NCBI RefSeq assembly: GCF_001194135.2
Contig: NC_068986.1
Coordinates: 51,502,297 to 51,566,296, forward strand
Origin: Octopus bimaculoides
Taxonomy: Eukaryota
Reading direction: 5' to 3'
DNA: 64,000 nt
The number at the start of each line of letters is the position of its first letter. The stretch's first letter is position 1. The notes below the pieces were generated by a model. It did not search any database. It was given only the letters and a program-made list of their open reading frames with translations, and was not told the origin of the DNA. Position numbers and translations under genes: made by a program. Below are positions 26,127-37,387 of the stretch, piece by piece.

Positions 26127-26902
26127 AGTCTCAACTGTGTCAGAGATCAACTTCATATCTTCCCTTTCTATACATAATTTTCCAACTGCATAGACTGAAA
26201 TAAATAAAGAACTGCTCAGAAACACAGCACAACAACTTTTGTGAACAACACAAGATGATTCTCTATAAACTAAGCAGTCAGGAGTTTATCCTTTAAGCCA
26301 TTATTAACACTTTAAGTCTGAAAACTTTATTCAGCAATTTTAGTTCTTACAAAATATGTCATAATCAGAGCTTAATGAACCTTTTACCAATTACAAATTA
26401 AAACGATAATTGCTAAACCAAATCATAATAAATGAATATAAGATAAAAAAAAAAAAAACTGAAACTTGTTTCATACATGCACATATGTCTTCCACCCTTG
26501 CACACAAACAGAGATATGTGATTAAGGAATTCACTTCACAACAACCAAGTTCAAGGATCAAACCTACTGCGTAACACCATCTTAGACAAGTATTTTCTAC
26601 TGTAGTCTCAGGTTGATGAACATCATGTTTGTGAACTTAGGTAGATGGAGGCTATACAAAAGTTCATTTTATAAAAAAATATATACATATATGCATACAT
26701 GCATGTGATGAATATCACTGCTTTTGTTTTGGTTTTATGCTGTTTCCTTTTATGTTCCATAACTTATCTGATTGATAAATAGAAATCAACAAAGGAGCTA
26801 AGAGGCTGAAATAAATACTGGAATTGATATGATCAACTGAGTCCTTGAAAGCAGTGCCCCAGCATGACCACATTCAAAGACTAAAACCAGTAAAAGAAAT
26901 AT

Positions 26903-26936
<34 letters not shown>

Positions 26937-26939
<3 letters not shown>

Positions 26940-27315
26940 TAGCTGTTGGACCCGGTGTTGCTTGTGTTTTCCGTGTTGAAGTTAAGCCCACCTCTGACCT
27001 TGTATTGAATAAGCATTTCCTTAGAGACTATTCTATTGATTTTGTTGAAATTTTACACATGAAAAAATGCAAAAGCTGCAGGAAAAATAACATCGTTATG
27101 GGAATTTCCATTCAAAATGCCCGACTGAGCTCACAAAACCTGATGCCAACTGAGCATTATCGAGTTTTCTAAAAATTCTGGCCTTATTTGAACTTCAGGA
27201 CATGTAATCTACCTATATGCCAAAAATCATTAAAATCGGTTGGACGGGGGTGGGGGTGGGTGTTAGAGTAACCTGAAACACAGACAAACAGACAGGCACC
27301 ATTATACATTTATGT
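26937..27315 (+). mobile_element. Non-autonomous Helitron/Helentron (HINE/DINE-1-like) element
   Basis: Starts TACTAGCTGTTGGACCCGGTGTTGC after (TA)n; 3' part CCAAAAATCATTAAAATCGG...(ACAG)n...TTATA matches the layout of these families; no TSD seen. Confidence 0.6.
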
Positions 27316-28012
27316 NNNNNNNNNNGTACATACATACATTACATATATGTACTTTCTATGCAAATTAAAGCAAGTACCAAATAAATAAATACATCAGGGA
27401 TAGAACTCAAATTAAGACTAACCTTAAGTAAAAATGAGCATAAACTTTTGCTCTGTATTGATATTATGAGCTCTTTCAGCAGGCATTCAATCTTCTACTC
27501 CAGTATGGAATTTTAAGAATTTTGTTGGAAAGATTCATCTTGCTATCTCTTGTGTATATACTTCCTTAAGACAGGTGCCAAGCATTACAGAAATATAATC
27601 AGTACAAAATAGCAAAGGATATAAAAATATTGTCAGTTAGTGGCTTAGTAAGGAAATTGAGACATAGCAGTGCTGAGCATTGAGTTCTATCAGAGTTTGG
27701 ATAGCCTTTGTAAGGTTCTGACAATGTGAAAATAAATATGCACACTATGTTCAGAATAAGAAACTAAACTAGTGAGAAATTCAGAGTGATATTCATTTCT
27801 TAATCAAACAAATACATTTGCACACACATCTGATTTAGCGTTTTTTTAAAAATTTATTTCAGCAACTGGGCTACAGCCATACTGGGGTATGGCAATCAAG
27901 GGTTAAATCAAACAAATTGGCCTTAGTAATTATTTTTCATGTCTGGAACTTATTCTATTGTTCCCTTTTGGCAAAACTGCTACATAACAGAAGGCATAAA
28001 CAAACTGATACC

Positions 28013-28176
28013 AGGCGCAGGAGTGGTCGTGTGGTAAGTAGCTTGCTTACCAACCACATGGTTCTGGGTTCATTCCCACTGCGTGGTACCTTGGGCAAGT
28101 GTCTTCTACTATAGTCCCGGGCCGACCAAAGCCTTGTGAGTGGATTTGGTAAACGGAAAACTGAAAGAAGCCCATC

Positions 28177-28212
<36 letters not shown>

Positions 28213-28728
28213 NNNNNNNNNNNNNNNNNNNNNNNNNNNNNNNNNNNNNNNNNNNNNNNNNNNNNNNNNNNNNNNNNNNNNNNNNNNNNNNNNNNNNNNN
28301 NNNNNNNNNNNNNNNNNNNNNNNNNNNNNNNNNNNNNNNNNNNNNNNNNNNNNNNNNNNNNNNNNNNNNNNNNNNNNNNNNNNNNNNNNNNNNNNNNNNN
28401 NNNNNNNNNNNNNNNNNNNNNNNNNNNNNNNNNNNNNNNNNNNNNNNNNNNNNNNNNNNNNNNNNNNNNNNNNNNNNNNNNNNNNNNNNNNNNNNNNNNN
28501 NNNNNNNNNNNNNGTATGTTTGTGTGTCTGTGTTTGTCCCACCAACATTGCTTGACAACCGATGCTTGTGTGTTTACGTCCTCGTAACTTAGCGGTTCGG
28601 CAAAAGACATTGATAGAATAAGTATTAGGCTTCCAAAGAATAAGTCCTGGGGTCGATTTGCTCGACTAAAGGCAGTGCTCCAGCATGGCCACAGTCAAAT
28701 GACTGAAACAAGTAAAAGAGTAAAAGGG
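28013..28728 (+). mobile_element. SINE family AB, full length (central microsatellite in gap)
   Basis: Head 28013-28180 and tail 28515-28728; a minus-strand AB tail fragment lies at about 27860-28010. Confidence 0.85.
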
Positions 28729-29329
28729 TAACTGTCAAGAAGTAGTGGGTGGACAAACAGAAACAGAAAGACACACATATGTATATGATTACAGAGGATC
28801 CATAATGGATCAAATCATATCAAAATGAAGAACATCACAAACTGGCTAGACAGAATGATGCGAAACAGTTAAATAATACATTATCTAAGCACAGAATGCA
28901 TCAATGAAAGAAGTTCACTGTTGTTAGACAATCCACAATTACTATAGTATCCAAATACTCAAATACTCACTTGTTTATTTGGTAGCCTGATAATTTGGGT
29001 GTTCATAACATATACAGAATCTAATTGTATTATACTTATGTTCCAATAAAGACTCCTAATGAATCAATTGTAGTAATACAAGGTAATCCATTCATCTGTT
29101 ATTATACCCCCACCATATATATATATATATATATATACAGGCTTCCACGGAGTTTCCATGAACCAAATTCCCTTGTAAGGCATTAGTTGGTTGAAGCTAC
29201 ACCAGAACATGCTCATAATGCTGAGTAGTGGAACTGAACCCCAAACTATGTGTTTGCAATGTGAGTTTCTTAATTACAAAGACAAGCTTGTAAGCTATGA
29301 GAAACCATTTTCTGAACAANNNNNNNNNN

Positions 29330-29367
<38 letters not shown>

Positions 29368-31266
29368 TCTCATCCTCTAATATAAACAGACATATGGGAT
29401 ACAAAACAGAGCAGTGTTCCATTAAGAATAAATAATAATACATATATTCTATAGACACAAAGTGAATGGAACTGTAACAGTTACAGTGTTCCCTGTTTTT
29501 TACATGTAATTAAATTGCTAGCATTGGTGCCAGACATATCTTTAAGTCAACAATTGTCTTTTATACAGGATAGAATCTGCTCTTACCAACAAACACTCGG
29601 CTAACTGTGAAATAAGTTTGGATTATACAGTCAGTTGTGTGTGTGTATGTGTGTATTTGGCTCTGTATCCAAAACTACATTATCCAGTGTTCTTTCCCTT
29701 TTAAGCAGATTTGGTTGCTAATTTAACCCATTAGTTTTCAGATTGTTTTATCAAACGTAATACTTATTTAATCACATTGTTCTAAATTAATCATGCATTA
29801 TCTCATAGCTTTGAGACTTCAATGGTGTGATTGTTTATTTTTAGAATGACATTGTAGAGTAGGCATGAGAGGCCCAATCTCACCAGTTTAAACACAAAAT
29901 ACATAAAATATAGCTGGTTTCAATGTTAGAGGTTTAAGCAGGCTGATTAACCATACAGGGTCTCCATCTATTGCCTTGCTAAAAATATAAGTAATCATTG
30001 GTGTTAAGCACCTAACCACAATGTACCTAGGATACTGTGGTCAGTATTCTAATAGCTTAATTTCACAGCTATTCTACATCATATACCATTTGATTAATAT
30101 GGAATAGTTCAACAATACAAGAAAGAAACTACTTCTATAATACTTATTTTCCTCCTTTCAACTTACATCTGTAATTTAAGATTAAAACAATCTCCATTTC
30201 TGATTCTATTGAGTTTGATGGGTAATTTTTATTTCCTGAAACAAAATATTTAGTCTGCTGTCAGGACTAATAAATGTTCATGTTTTATTGTTTTTTTTCA
30301 GTGCTTCTAATGTAAAAGGTTTTTTGAAGAAAAGTCAAGAACTACCAGTCTACCCAACAATCTAAAATACACAGGCAACAAGATTCCTTTCAATATGTTT
30401 GATGAACCAGGTTAATGAGTGCAGAACTCATGAACTGACTTCCACTGAAGATGTTGAATCTTCAAGTGAAATACACTAAATGTACTGATGTTTCAAACTC
30501 ATGTTTTTCATACAGAAAGTTGCTGCTACAACAGCTGTTGCTACTGAATGATGACTGAGGTGATGATAGAAAAAAGAGTTAGAGAATTAATAACTCCATC
30601 AATAAACAAGAAAGGTGGTGGCAATTATGAAAGAGAAGATCAGTAATGGTGGCAAAAGATAAAGGTGGTTATCATCATTATTAAAACTGAAAGGATGAAA
30701 AACATCCTAGTGATTTTCATGGCACTGACAAAATTGGCAATGACAAAAAAAAAAAAGTGATGACAATTAATGATAAACGATAATGAGGAGGATGATTTCA
30801 CGATGCAGATTATAAAGTTATCGAAATTTTATTGCTAAGCTTTTGTAGCTTCAAAAAATTGAAGGGGAGATAAAAAAACAAAAAAAAAAAAAAACAGAAT
30901 AATACTTTTAAAAGGCAAATCATATCAAATAGTCATAGAGAAGTATAAAATTAAACAGTAAATAATTGAACAATTTCTAAATATAAAAATATTAAAAAAA
31001 AATTTATTCTGAAGATATTGTGAATGGCAATGGATTAAAGATTTATTCAGTTTGAAACTAACATCAAAAAGCTTTTAAAATAAGATGTTTTATGGAAGTA
31101 ACTTTCTTATTAAAGAGGCAGATTTTCTTTTCAATAAAAGTTCTGTCACTCATACTAAAAACAAGGAAAAAATAGTAATAATAAAAGGAGAATATTATCA
31201 CTATTTCTCATTTAAAATGCAGTTTTAGTGTACTAAAACTCTATATTCTGTTGATANNNNNNNNNN

Positions 31267-31300
<34 letters not shown>

Positions 31301-31904
31301 TGTATGAAGGAGATGATGAAAGACTGAGATATGTGGTGCATTGCTGTACTCAGGAAGACCCACCTACTGCAACAGAACTGATGGTGCTACATAAAAAGCA
31401 CCACCCACTACACTGTAAATTGGTAGGCATTAAGAAGGGTATCCAGCTGTAGAAATCAAGCCAAAACAGACTATGGAACCTGGTGTGGCCCGTCAAGGCA
31501 TCCACCTCACGCCAGCATGGAAAATGGACATTAAATGATGATGATGGTGTGTGTGTGTGTGTGTGTGCGTGTGCACGCGCGTGTGTGTGTAAAACAACTG
31601 TCACTAAAGACTAGGAGATTTTCGATTCACATGTCACTTTACTAGCAATAACATTAACATTAGTTAAATTCTCTTCAAGTAATTCTTCTCAGGTCTTTCA
31701 TGATGTCAAGGACTCATAAGGCTGGAGCTTAAGTTGGTTTCCATGGTAAGTAAGTGATTGAGATAACAACACTCCCCTACTGAAGAGGATGTCAGTTCAT
31801 CACAGGGTTAACTTCCAAGCTGTTGTTGAAACTCATTTACCTCATTTTACATTGCTCCAGTACACACAACATACTACCAATTTCAAGAATCAAAACTATG
31901 ATCT

Positions 31905-32125
31905 TACAAGGGAGGGCTGAAAAGTTCCTGGATTTGGGTAAAAGAAAATACAGAAGAATCAGTTAATTATGATTTTATTCAATATATTCCCCTCTCAAAT
32001 TCACACACTTATTGCAGCAGTCTTTCAGTTTTACTAAGGCCTGTAAAAGGGCTCAGAAAGTTGGGCTCCCAGCCAGGATTTCTGTGATACCCATAAAGCT
32101 AGGAACCTTTCAGCACTACGCCATA
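31905..32125. mobile_element. Mariner-derived MITE
   Basis: TA|CAAGGGAGGGCTGAAAAGTTCCTGG ... CTAGGAACCTTTCAGCACTACGCCA|TA: degenerate mariner-like TIRs with TA TSD. Confidence 0.7.
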
Positions 32126-32283
32126 CAATCATGAATGCATTACCCTAACCATTTGGCCATGAACTTTCACCCTTCATAAGTTATTCTCCTACATTTCTGT
32201 AAATATAAAAGAAGTGTAAAATGTTGTTAGGTCTGATATTTTTTACTGACTGAATATGACGAGGATATTACATGTGTGAAGAG

Positions 32284-32465
32284 TCAAGAATCTTGACCAA
32301 GCATAACCATGTTTGGAACCAGTGGCATGAAATTAAAAGGATAGATTTTTTGATATTTGACCGTTTCTTCAAGTCTTGCTGCACAAGAGAACATATGCTT
32401 GCGTGCCTCAGTTTGCCATGATGATGTTTCCATGGTTGGGAGGCTTTCAGTGGAAGAGAAGCCAC
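32284..32465 (-). CDS. Candidate terminal coding exon of an unidentified minus-strand gene
   Basis: Acceptor TTGATTTCTATAG|; phase-1 frame GFSSTESLPTMETSSWQTEARKHMFSCAARLEETVKYQKIYPFNFMPLVPNMVMLGQDS*; non-repetitive and GC above background. No homolog recognised. Confidence 0.35.
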
Positions 32466-32869
32466 CTATAGAAATCAATTCACCCAACATTAAACATGCA
32501 ACAAAAAACATGAACAATGTTATCTAACTACAAGCAAAAAAAAACATAAAATCATATCGTGTTTTTTTGATGAGAACAAGCCACAAGGATGGTTTCAATA
32601 CTTTAAAGAAACCTTCAAAAGACAATACTAATTTTGTTTCTGTTTAACACTAAAATATAACTTTTCAGCCACAAGAATTAATAACAATGGAAACATAATA
32701 AGAGACTTCGAAATGCAAAAAAAGTAAATAAAAAAAGCTGAATAGATGACACCTTTTAAATAGATACCATCAGAGAGGAAAAGAGATAAAAGAAAGAAAA
32801 ACCAAAATCTACATGGTGCAAAACATTCATTAGCATCATTTGCTATGATGTTCATGGTTATTTACGTAA

Positions 32870-33190
32870 TGAACTCAGGGAGTTGAGAGGCTCTCAACAG
32901 CTGAAGGAAAGGGTACTCAGTTGATTTAGTATGGTTGATATTCCACATTGAGGGGTAACAAGAAAGAATTGCAAAGTGTATTCTTCAAACTGAGCCAACT
33001 GCCAGGAGACCTAAGAGTAGACCAAGAGCAAGATGGGTGGATAATATCCATACTCCCAGTTGGTCATGTTGGGAAATCCACCTGGTAAGTCTAATGATAG
33101 TTGCTTCTCATAAGACCCTACAGAGGAAGGGCTTGAGGACTTTATCCTCATGACCCTTCTTGCAGTAGTGAGCAGAGAGAATGTATGGAT
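32870..33190 (+). mobile_element. Old RTE-like LINE ORF2 C-terminal remnant (second family)
   Basis: Plus frame RIAKCILQTEPTARRPKSRPRARWVDNI matches the RTE C-terminal R-x-x-GRP-x-x-x-W motif. Confidence 0.7.
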
Positions 33191-34231
33191 GGATAGTCAG
33201 TTCTCGAAGATGACCTACATAGCTCCCAACTAAATACCAAAAAAAACAGAAACTGATCTCAGCAAGATTTGTCATTAGAACAATGAGGTATCAATTCAGT
33301 AGAGAATGGAAGATTTTTGGTTTGGTACATTAGCATTTTTCTCAACTTGCCAGATCAACCATACATGCATATGTTTTTTTCTCTCCCTCATATACAAACA
33401 CAATTTCCCCAACTAAAATGTTTCATACACTTAGGTACAGTAAGTCTAGTAGACAAGGGGCTAGCAGTTGACCAAACAGACCTTATGACCTGCTTCCACT
33501 TTCTGAAAAATTTCTTGTTCTTCACTGGCAACTGTAACCACTACACATCTTTATAGCTATCCTCACATCCTAAAAGTCAGCATAACTTAAAGAATCAGTC
33601 AAGTTATTACTTATCTTTCTCAATGTGTATGTGTATGTGTCTGACATTTATTAAAATTCTATTAATTAGGATTCTTCTTAAAAAGGAGAGGGCTGGTTTC
33701 TAATAGAGAAACAGAAGCTCCAACACTGGAATTTGCATAACCACACTGATAGCTGTTCCATTTTAAACATTCAGGAAAGCTCTGTACATGCATGTGTATA
33801 TATAAATGCATGTATGTGTATATAACATTAGTACATTGTGGTTACTGAAGGGGAATAATATTGAACATTGGAATGGAATAAAGTGGAACGATTTTATAAA
33901 TCAAATGTTATGTATCTAAGTTAGTTATGTTTAAAAATAGTGTAGCAAATGCAAAATCAATATAACCCTCCATAATATATAAGATTTTCAACGTGAACAA
34001 TGGTGTATAACTAATATCTGCATGTTGAAACATCACCACCATTCATAGCTTCTGAGGAATAATGGTTTCTTTTACAGCTTGAACTTTCAATTCGGCAGAA
34101 TATCCACAGGATATTCTAAATGATCAGCTCACAATCACATAAGCTTTTAAGACATTGAGAAAGTTACAATTAAGATTTTCAGTGATAACAGACAGTAACG
34201 AAAACAACACACACACACACAACATATATAT

Positions 34232-34538
34232 AAAAAGGGTAAAGACCTCCTTTGGTCACGAATGACCATGGGATTGCACATAGAAAGTTCCCCTCCAAGT
34301 TACAAATCCTGGCAAGGTTGTTTATGGAAGACCAGCAGTCACCCATGCATACCAGCCTCCCCTCTCCATACCACCTATGTTATTCAAGGGAATGGCAACG
34401 GCCAATACAGCTTGGCACCGGTGATGCTGCAACTCATTTCTACAGCTGAGTGAACAGGAACAATGTGAAATAAAGTGTCTTGCTCAAGAACACAACACAG
34501 CCTGGTCTAGGAATTGAACTCACTACCTCATGAATGTG
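34232..34538 (-). mobile_element. SINE family C, head truncated
   Basis: Colinear with 7350-7692. Confidence 0.85.
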
Positions 34539-34554
34539 ATATAAGTCTCACTAT

Positions 34555-34830
34555 ATTGACCAGGCTATCAAATGTTGTTATACACTGGTCATGATGCACT
34601 TCCTTGCATTGTTGTAGCTTTCAAATAATGCCGTCCAGTTGGCCAGGTGGGTAGGCCAGCATTACCCCTGAACAGAATGCCAGTCTGTTACAGGATTATC
34701 CATTTACAGCTGAGTGGATTGGAGCAACATGACTTAAAGTGTTTTGCACAAAAACACAATGCACCATTAGTGTGGGTATTGAAACTATGATTGCAAGATT
34801 GTGAGTGCAACACTCTAATCACGTGACCAT
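34555..34830 (-). mobile_element. SINE with C-type head/core and a third tail type
   Basis: CATTTACAGCTGAGTGGATTGGAGCAAC...TTTTGCACAAAAACACAATGC...GAGTGCAACACTCTAATCAC; a related fragment lies near 31690-31900. Confidence 0.6.
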
Positions 34831-36204
34831 GTACTTTCATACATATACACACATACACAGAAATAACCTCAATTGTACAAAAGTACATGTCAGTTTCGAA
34901 TAAATGCAAAGAATAGAATTCAAGCAAAAAGTGATTGTAAAAAGATACTGCATCATCATCGTCATCTGTTTCAGATACTCTGATACAGAAATATTAGTAA
35001 TACATATACTTAAAGTGATTAGTACGATAGAATTTAAACTAATTGTAATCACTATATAGCCTGTTGTTATGGTGCTGTAAGTTAAAGTAAAGCCATGGCA
35101 ACATGTTATACTATCTTTGACAAATGGCAGAATCAAATACAGTGGAAAAGCTGGTGGAAATGGAAGAAGGTGATGGAGATGGAGAAGATGGTGGAAACAG
35201 ATGATATAGGAGCTGATTGGTGGTGATATTACAGGATCTGTATAGAGCTGACTTAATAGTAGGATATTGCCTGTGTATATATTAGCAGGATTGCTTTATT
35301 TTATTTCAGCAATCTCATTGATGGTTTGATATTTCTCCTATATGTAGATTTAATATGGAACCATCAAAAATTAAATAAACACAATCCTGCCCCAACTAAT
35401 AGGCATGCGAAGGAAGAACTTCAATTATAGTTAAATAGCTGCTTGTTAGAGCAAGAATCAATATAATCACAAATATTACAGTGTTGGCACGGCAACAGCT
35501 TGTTCAGTCAATACACCTGCCAATTTAACAGGCACAACCAATTTCCTTGTGGAGGTCGTAATATTTTTGATAATTTCATTTTTTTTTTTAAATATCAATT
35601 TTACATACTTAGTCTTTGGTTAATATTTTCTTTTTCTTCTTAAGTTGTATGAACCATATATGCAATACAAAGCTAGCAGTTGGCACTTGGCAAAGCACAA
35701 TGTACAATGACCTGGAAATGTAACAAAGGTTAGCAAGAAAGAGAGAGACAGAGAGACAAAATGCATTTACACCATCAAAACTTGATTGGCTTGAAAAGTT
35801 TTGACTAGTTTATTATTAACTAACCCATGATGTTCACATTGATACTAGTAAACATTCTACACCAGAAGACATTAACTATTTATGCTTAAAAACGAACAAA
35901 AAATATAAGAGCCATAGCTGAACTGTCTTTGATCATAGATATGAACAAACAAGGCTGACCTGATTCCAAACAACAATACGAGAGTTGGTAAAGTTTGCAC
36001 ATTCAAATATGATTTTGGCGTTACTAATGGGTGCAAGTGTTGTCATGTTAGAAAGTTTGATTTGCAGTCAGGTCATTCCATGTTTGAGCTTACCAAGAAG
36101 AAAAAACTTTGGGAAAGTGTCATCTACCATAACTGCCAGTTGACCAAAACCTTGTGAATGAAACCAGGTAGACAGAAACTGTGAGGAAGACATTTTAATA
36201 TATC

Positions 36205-36595
36205 TTTTATCTTTTACTTGTTTCAGTCATTGGACTGTGGCCATGCTGGGACACCACCTTGAAGGGTTTTAAGTCAAACAAATTGAACCCAGTGTTTATT
36301 TTTCAAGTCTGGTTATTTATTCTATCAAGTTCTTTTCAGTGAACCACTAAATTATGGTGGCATATACAAACCAACACTGGTTGTCAGTAGTGGGGTGAGA
36401 GCAAAACACAAGGACACACACACACGCGTCTAAATATATACACGATAGCTTTCAGTTTTTATCTACCAAATGCGGTCACTAGGCTTTAGTTGGTCTTGGG
36501 GCTATAGTAGAAAATATTTGCCCAAGGTGTCACACGGTGGAATTGAACACAGAATCATGTGGTTGGGAAGCAAACTTCTCATAACACAGCTGCCC
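36205..36595 (-). mobile_element. SINE family AB, full length
   Basis: Reverse complement of 10037-10430; similar minus copies at 40275-40750 and 53365-53720. Confidence 0.8.
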
Positions 36596-37062
36596 CTGCA
36601 CATGTATGTGTGTGTGTGTTAGCTGGATATTCTGTCTTTGCATTACAACTATTATTTTTTATAGGTAAATTGTGTATGATCTATTATTTCACCAGTTTGT
36701 TCAGGCTCAAAAGACCTAACAGAGTTCAAGAGAGGGGGAAAGGTAATCAATTCAACCACCCTTGAAGGCAATCCCTTCCAGCATGGATGCCATCTAATGA
36801 GCGAAAAAATAAAAATGTGAAAGAATATGTTTCACTTAAAAATTTCTCCCTTTCTACTATCTTACACATGTAACTTCCACACATACACAAGATTAATTTC
36901 CAACATTGGCACAAATCTGTACCTTTTGGAGGAAATGTATAATCTATAAAATCTATCCCCTAATACAGTGATTCCTAACCTGGGTTCTGCGGGCCCCTAG
37001 TGGTTTGCAAAGGCAGTACCAGGGGCCTGTGAACTAAATTCAAAATTTCATATCTAGATATA

Positions 37063-37098
<36 letters not shown>

Positions 37099-37100
<2 letters not shown>

Positions 37101-37346
37101 CAATTGCAGTGTGGAAGGTGTTTATAAGCAATTTAAGAAACTTGATGCAGCATGGAATTTTGTCAGTGAACAGGTCACGATCTCAAAGCGACGAAAATAT
37201 TTTGGCAAATTAAATTTAAATGTTGAAGTGAACCTAACAGTTTTTGTGTGTTTCTTAAATGGCTTATAAACACCTTCCATGCTGCAATTGTTTTCGTTCC
37301 AGCACACAATCTCAGATCAGGTCGCTTGCTATGCAAGTACATCTCC

Positions 37347-37350
<4 letters not shown>
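37099..37350 (+). mobile_element. Penelope-like element terminal (pLTR) remnant with inverted duplication
   Basis: 43-bp inverted repeat 37099-37141 / 37250-37292 (3 mismatches), insertion in (TA)n, internal hammerhead-like motif. No ORF, so the class assignment is inference. Confidence 0.6.
37159..37209 (+). ncRNA. Minimal type-I hammerhead ribozyme-like motif, G3:C8 core variant
   Basis: Stem I TTTGTCA/TGGCAAA; core GTGAACA plus an extra G; stem II GTCAC/GCGAC; GAAA; palindromic stem III AATATT; putative UUU cleavage triplet ending at 37202. Confidence 0.55.

Positions 37351-37387
<37 letters not shown>

Noticed and set aside
27955-28610. Long ORFs in the track here and at 39162-39640, 47520-48384, 54636-55067 and 63658-63943
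   Set aside because: Their length comes from N runs translated as X.
30302-30365. Plus-strand exon after a T-rich acceptor (ASNVKGFLKKSQELPVYPTI*)
   Set aside because: Only 20 codons with no supporting context.
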